Shown: piece by piece, positions 1 through 13,245 of the stretch
How the letters are laid out: every line of letters starts with the position of its first letter
How positions within the stretch are numbered: the first letter of the stretch is position 1
NCBI GenBank assembly: GCA_963833985.1
Contig: CAWIAD010000002.1
Span: 5,280,001-5,344,000 of the forward strand
From: an uncultured Planctomycetaceae bacterium
Lineage (GTDB): Bacteria > Planctomycetota > Planctomycetia > Isosphaerales > Isosphaeraceae
Reading direction: 5' to 3'
Length of the DNA: 64,000 bases
The notes under the pieces: generated by a model
The model's input: the letters and a program-made list of their open reading frames with translations, nothing else
What the model was told of the DNA's origin: nothing
Databases searched by the model: none
Made by a program: the position numbers and the translations under genes

Positions 1-2
1 CG

Positions 3-1134
3 TTTCCTGATTCGTATCGCAGGGCGTTCGTATCGGCATCGCGGCAGATGGCCGAGCACATGCTCGCCCGGCGGTACACTGAAACGCTGTTCCACGGGTT
101 CCTCAACAACAAGAACAACTTCAAGCAGGGCGGATGGTCGCGGGGGTCGTCCCCCTGGCTGCTGGACGAACCGGCCAGCTTTCAGGATTTCTGGGCGCTG
201 CGCTACTTCGGCCGCGCCTTTCATGAGGGGGTCAACCAGGCCCGGCCAGTGGTCACGAAGGCCCAGGCCGCGGCATCTCGCGCCCAGGCCGCGGCACCTC
301 GCACCCAGGCCGCAGCCGCAGCAACTCGCGCCCAGGCCGCAGCCGCAGCAACTCGCGCCCAGACTGCGGCACCTCGCACCCAGGCCGCGGCACCTCGCGC
401 CGAGGCCGCGGCACCTCGCGCCGAGGCCGCGGGTTTCCCCCGCATGGTCTTTCGCATCGACGACTCGCGGCCTCAGTGGCGGCGTGACGCCCTGGACGGC
501 CTGGTCGACTACCACGTCGTCGGCTCGGCGCTGAGGCAGTATCCACGGCTGGTCCTGGAGCGCAAGCGGCGGTTCGGCGAGATCGTCGTCGAGTACGGCG
601 GCACGAACGCCCTGCAAGGCTCGAACCTTCAGCCGGTGGGCTGGTCGCTGGACGCCTGGTCGCTGGGCATCGACGGGGTCTTGCCCTGGCAGACCATCGG
701 CACGGAGCGCTCCTGGCAGCAGGCCGACGAGCTTGCGCTCTTTTATCCGCTGCCGCGCTGGAGCCGTTCCCGGCCCGGCTGCCGTCAGCGCCGAACCTGG
801 CGCGGTTCCGTCCATCCGGCTGAAGGCCTATCGCCGCGGCCAGCAGGACGTCGAGTACCTGACCCTCTGGTCGCGGCAGGCCGGGTTGCCACAGGTGCAG
901 GCCGGCCGGCTCGTGCGTGCGGCACTGCATCTCGCCGGCACGCGCCGGGCCACCGAGACAGGGGGCGCCGAGGATGCCGGCAGGATCGACTACTCGGGCC
1001 TGCTTCCGCAGGATCTCTGGGCCCTCCGGATGCGCATCGGCGAGGCCCTGTCGCAGGCTCATCCGCAAGCCCGCGACCGGCTCGTTGATTTCCGCACCCC
1101 CCGGCGCTCTCCGGACCTGGTTCCACCCCGATGA
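3..1134 (+). CDS. DUF4091-like (glycoside hydrolase-associated) protein, 5' truncated by window, one frameshift near 760-800
   Basis: Frame is open from base 3. C-terminal PSIRLKAYRRGQQDVEYL in the 733..1134 frame resembles the DUF4091 signature, preceded by LFYP in the 48..1088 frame. Confidence 0.55.
261..431 (+). repeat. In-frame tandem repeat, 8 units of 21 or 27 bp (last partial), encoding AQAAAPR-like units
   Basis: Direct reading: gcccaggccgcggcacctcgc and variants. Confidence 0.95.
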
Positions 1135-1247
1135 CGCCGCCGGCACCCGGGGTGCCGCGTGATTGTGCACCGGCCGCCGATCCGGCAAGATGACGCTCTG
1201 TGCCGCCCGTTCCGGCACGTCGTTCCGAGGTCAAGGTTGGACAGGAT

Positions 1248-4127
1248 ATGCATGCTCTTTCACATTGGGATCAATGGATTCGCTGGCTGTCCTGCCTGGC
1301 ATTCCTGGCCTTGTCGTGCGCGGCGGATGCCGCAGCCGCGGACGATACCCTGGACCTCGCGGGCCCGTGGCGGTTCCACATTGACCGTGACGATCGCGGA
1401 CTGGCCGAGAACTGGGCGAGCGCCCCGCTCGCCGGTGACGCAACGGTCCAGCTTCCCGGACTGATGCAGGCGCAGGGCCAGGGTGACCCGGTGGCGGTGG
1501 ATACGGCCTGGACCGGCCAGATCGTGGACCGGTCTTACTTCACCGCGCCGGAGTACGCGAAGTATCGCCAGAGCGGGAACATCAAGGTGCCGTTCTGGCT
1601 CCAGCCAGAGCTGCACTACGTCGGGCGCGGCCTGGTACCAGCGCGCGCTGGACATCCCCGAAGGCTGGAAGGGCCGCAACCTGCTGCTGACGCTGGAGCG
1701 GCCGCACATCGAGACCCGCGCCTGGCTGGACGGCCGCACGCTGGGCAGCCGCAACAGCCTCTCCACGCCGCACCAGTATGAACTGGGCACGAGCGTCACG
1801 CCGGGCAAGCACCTGCTCACGCTGCGCATCGACAACCGCCTGGTCGTGGACGTGGGCATCAACTCGCACAGCGTGAGCGACCATACGCAGGGGAACTGGA
1901 ACGGCGTTGCGGGTGAGATTTCGCTGCGCGCCCTGCCGCCGGTCTGGATCGCCGATCTCCAGGTCTTTCCCCGCCTGGCCGCGCGGAGGGCGACGGTGCG
2001 CGGCCGGATCGGCAACGCAACCGGCCTGGCCGGCAAGGGCGTGCTGGAGCTGGCCGTGACCCTGCCGGGCAAGTTCAAGCTCCCCCCGCAGATGAGCGAG
2101 GTGCAGTGGTTCGAGCAGGGCGGCACGTTCAGCGACGAGATCCGGGTGGAAGGGGCTGCGCCCTGTGGGACGAGTTCTCCCCGGCGCTCTACCACGTGAC
2201 CGCCACAATCGACCACGAAGCCGCCGGCGCGCGTTCCGTGGCCTTCGGCCTGCGCGAGCTGCTCACTTCCGGCACGCAGTTCAAGCTGAACGGCCACAAG
2301 CTGTTCTTCCGGGGTACGCTCGAGTGCGCGGTCTTTCCGACAACCGGCATGCCGCCCACCGACGTGGCGAGCTGGAAGCGGCTCATCGGGATTGCCAGGG
2401 ACCACGGGCTGAACCTGTTTCGCTTCCACTCCTGGTGCCCGCCCGAAGCGGCCTTCCAGGCGGCCGATGAACTGGGGTTCTACTTTCACGTCGAGTGCGG
2501 GTCGTGGGCCAACACATCCACCAGCCTGGGCGATGGTAAGCCAGTCGATGCCTGGCTTTACGAGGAGGCCGACCGCATCCTCACCGCGTACGGGAACCAC
2601 CCCTCGTTCTTGCTCATGGCGTACGGCAACGAGCCCGCGGGCAAGCACGAGGATTACCTGCGCGCCTGGGTGAACCATTACCGCTCCACGGACGCGCGTC
2701 GGCTCTACACGGGCGGCTCGGGCTGGCCGCAGATCTCGGCCAACCAGTTCCATGTCACACCGGACCCGCGCATCCAGGCGTGGGGGGCGGGGCTGGCGTC
2801 ACGGATCAACGCCCGGCCTCCCGAGACGATGACCGACTATCGCGAGTACATCGGTTCCAGGCGCGTTCCGGTCATCGCCCACGAGATCGGCGAGTGGTGC
2901 GCCTATCCGGGCCTTGCGGAGATCGCGGCCTACACGGGGCCGCTCAGGCCCAAGAACTTCGAGGTCTTCCGCGCCTCGCTGGCGGACCACGGCATGGAAG
3001 CCCAGGCACACGAATTCCTCATCGCCTCCGGCAAGCTCCAGGCACTCTGCTACAAGGAAGAGGTGGAATCGGCCCTGCGCACGCCCGGGATGGGCGGCTT
3101 CGAACTCCTGGCGCTGTACGATTTCCCTGGTCAGGGAACGGCGCCCGTGGGCGTGCTCGATGCGCTCTGGAAGCCCAAGGGGTACATCACCGCGGCCGAG
3201 TTCCGCCGTTTCTGCAACAGCACAGTGCCCCTGGCCCGCTTGCCGAAGCGCGTCTTCGCCAGCACCGAGAGCATCGAGGCCCAGTTCGAGGTCGCTCACT
3301 TCGGCGCGGAACCGCTGCGCGAGGCATCCCTGGCGTGGAGGCTCGTGGGCGAAGACGGAAAGGCCCTGGCCTCGGGACGCAAGTTCGCACGCGAGATACC
3401 GGTGGGCAACGGCTTCTCGCTGGGCTCGGTGTCGATCCCCCTGCACAATCTCAAAGCGCCGGCGCGCTGCCGCCTGGTCGCCGAGCTGGAGACCACGCCG
3501 TTCGTCAACGACTGGGAGGTGTGGATCTATCCGCCGGGCGCCGAGACCCAGTCACCGCCTGGCATCCTCATCACCGGTCGCATCGATGCGCAGGCGCAGT
3601 CCGAGCTGAACCGCGGGGGCCGCGTGCTCTGGCTCGTTCCGCCGGGGAAAGCACGCGGCGATCGGCTGGGCAAGGTTGAGCTGGGCTTCTCGCCGATCTT
3701 CTGGAACACGGCCTGGACAGGTCGCCAGCCGCCACACACGCTGGGAATACTGTGCAACCCCAGGCACCCCGCGCTGGCCGGTTTCCCCACGGACTCGCAC
3801 TCGAACTGGCAGTGGTGGTACCTGCTCTCCCGAGCCGATGCGCTGATCCTCGACGGTTTGCCCGGCGCTCTTCGGCCCGTGGTCCAGGTCATCGACGACT
3901 GGTTCACCAACCGGCGGCTGGGGCTGGTGTTCGAGGCCCGCGCCGGCACAGGCAAAGGGAAGCTGCTGGTTTGCGGCATCGATCTGGAGCACGGCCTCGA
4001 GAGCAACCTGGTGGCCCGCCAGCTTCGTTCCAGCCTGCTCCAGTACATGAACAGCGACCGCTTCCAGCCCGAGGTCGAGGTGACCATCGAGCAGGCGCGG
4101 TCGCTGATGAAAGACGAGTCGCGATGA
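1248..4127 (+). CDS. Secreted glycoside hydrolase family 2 (beta-galactosidase/glucuronidase-like), frameshifts near 1625 and 2160
   Basis: Signal peptide, LDLAGPWRF sugar-binding domain, FGLRE...LNG..LFFRG, GLNLFRFHSW, NHPS...GNE acid/base and HEIG nucleophile across three overlapping ORFs. Confidence 0.85.
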
Positions 4128-4129
4128 CG

Positions 4130-5011
4130 TCAGATCTGCTTCGAGGGAGCAGCCGCCTGTGATGAGGGCGCGCCCTGGCCCGACGGGGCCGGCGTGGTCT
4201 GCATCGACGGGGCGACAGCCGGCGCGTAGGTGGCGGGGGCGCAGGGGACCATGTGGCTCACGGGCCGGTAGCAGGTCACGGCCACCTGCTGGCAGACGCG
4301 ATGGGGAATCTGCCGCGTGACCGTCTTGGGCACGCAAGTCCAGGTGACGCAGGCGATCTTCTCGGTCACCATCTCCTGGACCATCCGGCAGGTGCGCACC
4401 TTCCGGACCGTATTGACGACTTCCTGGACGTAGTGGGTGCGCTGGATCGGTACCTGGCGGGTCTGGGTCTCGGGGACCATGGTTGTCACGACCACGTCGC
4501 GAGTAACCGGAACCGGCGTGTAGCAGGTCTGGGCCACGGTCCTGCAACCGCACGGGTCCTTGTGGCAAAGGCCGCACTTGCGGCCGGTGGCCACGGTGAC
4601 CATCTGGGTTGTCGGCTGCATGCAGTAGGTCGTCACCTGCTGGGTCGACTGCACGGGCTTGCACACCGTGATCGTCTGGGTGACGTAGTCGGTCTCGTGG
4701 ATCGGCTTGCAGACCACGCGCTGCACGGGGACATCGACGACGTCATAAACAGGCTTGCACACCATGCGCTGCCGTTCCACAAAGTTGGTCACCGGCTGGC
4801 GCACCATCACCGTCTGCTGCACGGTCTCGTATTCGGTATGCCACTGGTTCCGCATCACTGTGTACGGCACCATTTCGGTCACACACTGGTACGCCGGCTG
4901 AGCCACCAGCACACAGGGATTCTGCCTGCACGTGTGGCAGGCCGTCGCCGTCTGCGACGTCATGACCACCGCCAGCAAAGCCACAATGGAACCCATTACT
5001 CGAACTTGCAT
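4130..5011 (-). CDS. Secreted Cys/Val/Thr-rich repetitive beta-strand protein (planctomycete type)
   Basis: GGAGG RBS before ATG 5011, signal peptide, repeated VCKPV/TCYxPV units. Confidence 0.75.
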   Translation of the reverse strand: MQVRVMGSIVALLAVVMTSQTATACHTCRQNPCVLVAQPAYQCVTEMVPYTVMRNQWHTEYETVQQTVMVRQPVTNFVERQRMVCKPVYDVVDVPVQRVVCKPIHETDYVTQTITVCKPVQSTQQVTTYCMQPTTQMVTVATGRKCGLCHKDPCGCRTVAQTCYTPVPVTRDVVVTTMVPETQTRQVPIQRTHYVQEVVNTVRKVRTCRMVQEMVTEKIACVTWTCVPKTVTRQIPHRVCQQVAVTCYRPVSHMVPCAPATYAPAVAPSMQTTPAPSGQGAPSSQAAAPSKQI

Positions 5012-5603
5012 CGTTGTGATCCTCCGGTTGTGTCGAGCTTCGCGTACTTCTGGTCGCCCGGATCCTGCGAATTCGTAGGAAACGGGGGACACGAAACGAT
5101 TCTACAATATGGGCAATATTAGAAAAACGGAAAAACTGTAAGGTCTGCGGGTTCTTGATAGGAATTAACCGCGCGGCACGGGATGCCGTGTTTCTGCCTT
5201 GGTTCGGTTGTCAGGGTGGTATTGGTGGTATGGGCCAAGGCGGGAGCTTGCCACGAAAAGTCGCTCAAGCTGATGTATCTTAGCGCGCCCGGGGCACGTA
5301 CAAAAGCTGTACTATTGTCCTGATTCGTTTTGAGAGGCGATCTTGCCCGCGGCAGCGGAGCCGGAGCGAGGCCACGCGACGCGAAGGATGTTTGGCTTTT
5401 GTTCGGGCTTATGCACGGAATGCTCGGTAAAGTGGGTATTCAGGGGGCGGGGAACCCGGCCGCGGCGAGCCCAGGTCGAATCGACGGCTCGGCGGTAAGG
5501 ATCGGACGTGTCCTGCGTAATGAAGGTATCGGCAGGACACGGAGGACGCTCTGGAAACGTGGGCGGCCCGAGTCACCGGCATCCTTCAGGAAGGCACCAG
5601 GCC

Positions 5604-6958
5604 ATGCAGATCGACCCCCAGCGCAAAGGCAAGCTGCCAAAGGTGGCACCGGCCGCTCCGTTCCAGAGTCGCGACGGCCGTTTTCACGGCTGGAGAGTGG
5701 ACTTCCCCGGTAAGCGTCCCCTGGCCACGCCGGCGGTGGTGGACGGCCGGGTGTTTCTGGGCGGGGGTTTCGGCAGCTATGAGTTCTACGCGCTGGACGC
5801 GCGCACCGGCGCGATCCTCTGGGAGTACCAGACAAGCGACGACGGGCCGACCGCGGCCGTGGTGGACGATGGCTTCGTGGTCTTCAACACCGAGAGCTGC
5901 GAGCTGGAGGTGTTGACCGTCGAGGGCAAGCCGGTCTGGAAGAAGTGGCTCGGCGATCCGCTCATGAGCATGCCCGCCGTGCGCTCGGGACGCATCTTCA
6001 TGGCCTATCCCGCCACCCGGGGCGATCGTCGCCACTACCTGGCCTGCTTCGACCTCCGCAACGGAACGGAGTACTGGAAGGAAGCGATTGAGGGCGAGAT
6101 CATCACCGCGCCGGTGCTGGCCGAGGAGCACGTGCATTTCGCGACCCTCGATGGCACGCTGTACCGCGCCCGGCAGAGCGACGGGCACCTTCTATGGAAA
6201 GAGCCCCGCAACGCCACGTCTTCACCGGTGGTCTGGGAGGGGGAATGCTACTTCAGCCAGCGCAAGGAGGTGCCCGCGGGCGAGCCCGCGCTGAGGGAGT
6301 GGAGCAAATGGAGCAGATCGCCGTGCGCGCCGCGGCCCAGGGACGAATGAAGCACTACGAGGGCACCGTCCGCAAGGCCGATTACCTGGACCATGAGAAA
6401 CGGAAGCGCGGATCGGCCACGTACGCCAGTGACCAGCACCGCGACGCCGCCGTTGGCTTCGGTCACACGAAAGGCGACGCGAAGATGTATCAGGCGATGC
6501 ACAACCTGGGCAAGGCGCACGTGCACTCGATCTGGGCCCACCAGGGCTCGAAGCCCTTCGTGACACGAGGACGGCTGTACGCGGCCCAGGGCGATACCGT
6601 CTCCTGCGCAGACACGCGATCGGACCAGGTCTTCTGGAAGAAGACGCTGGGCAAGCCGAAGGAACAGCAAGAAGAGCTACTGGACAGCACGCTCACTCCG
6701 CCCGCGGTGGTCAACAACAGGCTCTTCCTGGGCACCGTGCACGGCGAGTTGCACTGCCTGGCCGCCGGGTCGGGCGAGCCGCTCTGGAGCACGCAGGTGG
6801 GTGAGCCCGTCGTATTCCAGCCCGCCATCGCGGGCGGCAGGGTTTACCTGGGAACCGAGTCCGGCAGCCTCATCTGCCTGGAAACAGGCGACCCGGGCGA
6901 CGACGGCTGGCTCATGTGGGGCGCCGACGCGGCCCATAACGGAAGGCTCGACGCGTGA
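5604..6958 (+). CDS. PQQ-like (BamB-type) beta-propeller repeat protein, frameshift near 6295
   Basis: Repeats such as ATPAVVDGRVF, YALDARTGAILW, LHCLAAGSGEPLW in two overlapping ORFs. Confidence 0.85.
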
Positions 6959-8606
6959 TGAGCACCTCGATCATCAGGCCCACGCTGGAAATCATGAAGG
7001 GCACCACGATCCTGCGCACCTGCGAGATCAGCGGTCCGGACTTCCACATCGGCCGCCTGCCCAACCTCGACCTGTTCATCGACGACAACCGGGTCTCGCG
7101 TCCGCACGCCCGCATCCAGCGCCTGGCCGACGGCTCCTACCAGCTCATGGACCTCAAGAGCCAGAACCAGACGTACCTGAATGGCCGGAGACTGGGCGAG
7201 TATCAGCCCGCACTCTTGCGCGACGGCGACCGCATCAAGATCGTCGAATACGAGATCATCTTCCATCACGCCGGTTCGGTCGTTCACGCCTACGACGACC
7301 GGTCCGTGACGGTGCTGGAGACGCTCAACGACCTCAGTTCCGACCATCTGGTCAGCCGTTCCAAGCACCCGTCGGCCACGCTCAAGGCCATTCTGGAGGT
7401 GGTCCGGCGCTCGGCGGCGGCAGCGACCTTGGCGACGTGCTGGGCCATGCGCTGGAGGGATTGATGGGGGTCTTTCCCCAGGCCGAGCGCGGCTTCATCC
7501 TCATGGCCAGCGACGACGGCCTGTTTCCGCTGGCCGCTTACCGCTGCCGGCCGGGGCACAGCTCCGCGCCCACCTTGAGCACCACCATTCAGGACCGCGT
7601 GCTCCGCGAGGGGCAGGCCGTGCTCATCAAGGACGTCACCCAGGACGAGGTCCTCAGTGATGAGGGGAGCGTCATCTCCACCATTCGCTCGGCCGTGTGC
7701 GTGCCGCTCTGGTCGAACGACGGCAAGCCGATCGGCATGATCCAGCTCGACCGCATGGGAAGTCACGATTCGTTCCAGGAGCAAGACCTGGAACTGCTGG
7801 CGACCCTGGCCCTGCCCATCGGAATGGTGATCATGAACGAACGGCTGCTCAAAGAGCAGGCGTCCTGGGCAGCCGCTCAAGGGATCCAGCGGGCCCTCCT
7901 GCCCCGAGCCCGTCCCGCCATTCCCGGCTATTCGTTCTGGGAATGCTATCGGCCGGCGCAGTGCGTGGGTGGCGACCTGTACGACTACATCCCTGTCGGC
8001 AGTGCGGCGGAATCAGCCGGCGGCCAGGTGCGCTGGGCCGTGACCCTGGGTGACGTTGCCGGCCACGGCATGCCCGCTGCGCTGCTGATGGCTGGCATCT
8101 GCCCCGAGGTACGCCACCTCGTCCGCGACGGCGTTCCCGCCGCCGACGTGCTGGCCCAGGTGAACCGCCACGTCTACGACAATGGCATGGACGGGCGGTT
8201 CGTCACGCTCGCGATCTCTCTCATCGATCCGCAAACGCACGAGCTGACCGTGGCCAGCGCGGGGCATCCGCCGGCTCTCCTGCGCAGGGCTGGCGGGCGC
8301 ATCGATCGAGTCGGCGACGAGACTGCAGGAATGCCACTGGGCGTCTTGCGCGAGGCGGAATACAGTTCGTCCGTGGCCACACTTGAGCCCGGAGACGTCG
8401 TCGTTCTCTACTCCGACGGTATCGAAGCCATGAACCCGAAGAGCCAGACACTCAGTTTCGGGCGACTCTGCGGCCACCTGCTGGAAGCGCCCGCGGGCGT
8501 GGCGGCAACCGGCGAATCGCTGCTTGCGGCCGTGCGCGACCACGCCGCCGGCCGCCCCCAGTTCGACGACCTCACCATCGTCTGCTTCGGCCGCGATCCT
8601 TGCTGA
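6958..8606 (+). CDS. FHA-GAF-SpoIIE (PP2C/RsbU-like) protein phosphatase, frameshift near 7415
   Basis: FHA motifs IGR...VSRPHA...SQN, GAF SAVCVPL, PP2C motifs GGDLYD, GDVAGHG, LYSDG, DDLT. Confidence 0.9.
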
Positions 8607-8666
8607 GCCGTAACGGTGACACTCTTCGGGAGCCGCGGTGCTCCCGAGCTTCACGGAGCTGCCCCG

Positions 8667-10364
8667 ATGGCGACTTCCAGTCCGCAGCCGCAGCCGCCGG
8701 TGCTCGAGATCTGGAAAGGAGGAAGGCTGGTCGGCGTGCACCGGCTGGAGGCCGGACGTCTGACCATCGGCCGCGGCGCCGGCAGCGACATCCGCCTGGA
8801 TGATCTGCGCGTCTCTCGCACACACGGGCTCATCGAGCGTCGCAGTTCGGGCGGCTTCGTCGTCATCGATCTGGCCAGCCGGCGCGGGACGCTGCTCGAC
8901 GGCCGGCGCCTCCTTCCCGAGCATCCGGCGCCGTTGTACCACAACAGCCGGATCACAATCGTCGAGCGCGATTTTGTCTTCCGGGATCCAGCGCACGCGC
9001 AGGCACAAGAGTCTGCTCCTCCACCCACCAGTAGGCTGGCCGAAGACTTGATGGTCTTGAGTACACGGAACGTTGGCGCGGGCCTGACGCCTTGCGCGGC
9101 CAGCCCGGATGACCGCAATCCGCCAGGTCCGTTCGGACGGCTGCTGGAGGTGAGCCGGATTCTCGGGAACGATTGCAGCAGCAGCTCGGCCTTGAACCGG
9201 GAACTCGATCGGCTGCGGACAGAGTTCCCCGCGGCCGACGGATGCATGCTTCTGGCCGCGGACGCCGGTGCCGGACTCTCGGTTCTGGCACGCGCTCCGG
9301 ACCAGCCGGACCTCGGACCGGGGACTCGCGAATTCCACGAGGTCCTGGCGGAGCGCTCGCTCCAGCTTTCCCAGGCCATGCTCGTCACCGAGGTACCAGA
9401 AGCGTACCCCGACCGGAGCACCTCGTATGGCAAGTGGGTCCGCGCCTGGCTCAGCGTGCCTGTCCTGGGAATGGACGAACGCCCCATCGCGCTGGTCCAG
9501 CTCTTCAGCAAGAAGTTCCACGCTCATTTCGGCTGGGAGGAGCTAGCGAAGCTATGCAGGAGCGATGGTCGCGTTCACGATCCTCCATCCGAGATCCGCT
9601 GGACTTCCAGCGATCTGGAGCGGCTGGTCGAGCAGACCAGATCGTTGGGCCTGGCGATCGATTTCCAGCACCTGGAGGGACGGGTGGAACTCGCGGTTTG
9701 CAGGCAAATCCAGGCAAGCGTCACCCGGGCGGCACACTACGAAATGCCGGGCTATGCCTTTCAGAGCGGCGTCATCCCTGGCCAGGAATACCGGGGAAGC
9801 TTCACTGGGCTTGTCCCGGTGCCCAGCGATGACGCGCCCGCGAGCACCCCGTCCAGCGCGACCCTCGTGCTTGGTGAGGTGGCCGTCAAGGGAATTCGTG
9901 CGGCCCTGATCATGGCGGACCTGAATCTCGAGATCCACCGCCTGCTCGAGATCGGGCTGGATTTACCCGAGGTGCTCGCGCGTGCCAACGGGCTCCTGGT
10001 CGCCGCGCTGGGCACCTCGACCCAGGCGAGTGTGCTGCTGGCCCGCATGGACACGGCGAACCACACGCTCACCGTGGCCAGCGCGGGGCAGAGTTTTCCG
10101 GTGATCCTCCGCACTGCCGACTTCATGGAAATACTCGATTCGACATACCACGCAATCGGCCCGCCGCTGGGCCTCGAGGCCAACCCGATCTACCGGACCC
10201 TCACGACGAAGCTGGAGCAGGGAGACCGGGTTCACTTCACACCCAACGCTTTGGCGAGCTTTCTTCCGCTGTGGGAAGATGACCCCGACTCCGACCCGCG
10301 GCGAGGCAGCCGCCGGCCTACCCAGGGTGATGTCCCGCTCGCGTTCCTGAGGCGCAACCGCTAG
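8667..10364 (+). CDS. FHA-GAF-SpoIIE-like protein with degenerate phosphatase motifs
   Basis: FHA IGR...VSRTHG and GAF WLSVPV. The PP2C-like region is colinear with the upstream gene but its Asp motifs are altered. Confidence 0.75.
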   Translation: MATSSPQPQPPVLEIWKGGRLVGVHRLEAGRLTIGRGAGSDIRLDDLRVSRTHGLIERRSSGGFVVIDLASRRGTLLDGRRLLPEHPAPLYHNSRITIVERDFVFRDPAHAQAQESAPPPTSRLAEDLMVLSTRNVGAGLTPCAASPDDRNPPGPFGRLLEVSRILGNDCSSSSALNRELDRLRTEFPAADGCMLLAADAGAGLSVLARAPDQPDLGPGTREFHEVLAERSLQLSQAMLVTEVPEAYPDRSTSYGKWVRAWLSVPVLGMDERPIALVQLFSKKFHAHFGWEELAKLCRSDGRVHDPPSEIRWTSSDLERLVEQTRSLGLAIDFQHLEGRVELAVCRQIQASVTRAAHYEMPGYAFQSGVIPGQEYRGSFTGLVPVPSDDAPASTPSSATLVLGEVAVKGIRAALIMADLNLEIHRLLEIGLDLPEVLARANGLLVAALGTSTQASVLLARMDTANHTLTVASAGQSFPVILRTADFMEILDSTYHAIGPPLGLEANPIYRTLTTKLEQGDRVHFTPNALASFLPLWEDDPDSDPRRGSRRPTQGDVPLAFLRRNR

Positions 10365-10435
10365 CCAGGGCCTACCCGAGATCGTGTTTCACGCCCGCCG
10401 TGCCGCCTCGCCCCGAGGCCGCGGAGCAGCTCGTC

Positions 10436-11773
<1,338 letters not shown>

Positions 11774-12346
11774 TCAAGGTCTCAGTTCTCCATCGTGAGT
11801 TTTATCCGACTCCTGCGCCCTGGAGCAAGGCAGTGCTGGAGGCGCACGGAGCCGGAAAAGCCCGCGATCTTGCGAGCGGACGCAGCTCGGTAGAGGACCC
11901 ATTCCCGCAGCGACTCAACAGGTGTGACACGTTTCCGGCGAGAATCCAATGCGGGCGGCCCCGCCCCTCCGGTGCATGGGCAAGAGAGGGTGGGGTGTCT
12001 CCTTTATGAAAAGGCGGAGACCGCCACGCGGTGCGGAGCCACGGTGCCTGTTCTCGAGGGCGCAGAAGGACCAAGGTCGGGAGCGATGCTCCCGGCCTTC
12101 GGCTTCCTCGAGACGCGATGCGCCCGGAGCGAGGCCCGGGGCCGGCCTGTCTGGCCGGCGCCCGATCGGGCCGCGGTCGGGACGCTCGCTTGCAGTGAGG
12201 GAGGAGGTTTCTGAATCGCCTTGATTCCCTCGAAAGGCCGGAGACCGCGTTCTGTCCACCAGGCTTGACGCCGCCAAGAGGCACGCGACCCTCGGGCCAT
12301 TAGGATATCGGCCCGGCGTCGGACCGGCTTGATCTCCGGCTGCATT

Positions 12347-13136
12347 TCACGGCGCGCTCGCTGCTCCGGTCCGCAACAGGGGCACAACGTATCTCTTGAG
12401 GAAAACCGGTGAATCCGGCCCCAGGTGACCCCCCAGGTAGCCGCTCGCCGCCATGCGTGGCGACCAGCGCACCTGCCGCAGCATCGCATAAGCGCCGTCC
12501 GGCGCGGTCGCGGGTACGCGAAAGCCGACCAGCCCCGCGCTGGCGGTCCGCACCCGATCGGCCGTGCCGAAGACGCGCGTCCCGGCGCCGAGGATGAATA
12601 CGTCCAGCGGCGACCAGAAGACCACCAGCTCGCGCCGGACCGCGCAGGGCGGCCGTCAGGTCGTAACCCGGCGACAGCGCGGGAGCCAGCAGCACGGCAC
12701 GCTCCACGGCCCCTTCCTCGAGCAGCTCCAGCGCCTTGACGACCACTCCCGAACCGCCCGACTTGCCGACCAGGAAGACCGGAGCGTCCGGCAGCCTGCG
12801 GCGAAACTCCTGGACGGCCTCGGCCATGAGCGCGGCCTTGAGATCGCGATTGGCGATATTGCTGAGGTCCGCCCACCAGCGGCCGAACCCGTGCCCCCAT
12901 GGGAAAACATGCACCGCGTGGTTCTTCAGCCCCGCGGCGGCCAGCACATAACGCAGGGCCGTACCGCAGAGGTCCAGCCCGCCCACGCCGTCGGCGACAA
13001 GCACCAGGGCCTCGGTGTTTCGAAGAGCGGTCCCGGAGAGACCAGGCACCGGCCAGACCGGCAAGCCGTCGGCGACCGGCTCCCCGAAGAAGTGCCGGTA
13101 AAACGGCTCGACCAGCAGCCGGGTAATGGGAATCAC
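12347..13136 (-). CDS. Alpha/beta hydrolase-fold protein, frameshift near 12640
   Basis: VFLVGKSGGS nucleophile elbow, VLLAPALS; continues in the 12347..12625 ORF (SPLD...GGH). Confidence 0.7.
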
Positions 13137-13245
13137 GGCAGCGTCTTCCTGCTTCGTGGTGGGCGGCGGATCTCGCCTCCGAGAACCGGCAGAGCACGGC
13201 GCGGCGGACCGCACTGGTGACGACGGCACAGGCGACCGACCCGGG

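Noticed and set aside
261..431. CRISPR array
   Set aside because: Repeats are contiguous with no spacers, they are in-frame coding, and no cas genes are present.
11780..12340. tRNA or ncRNA in the intergenic region upstream of eno
   Set aside because: No cloverleaf or T-loop consensus was found on either strand.
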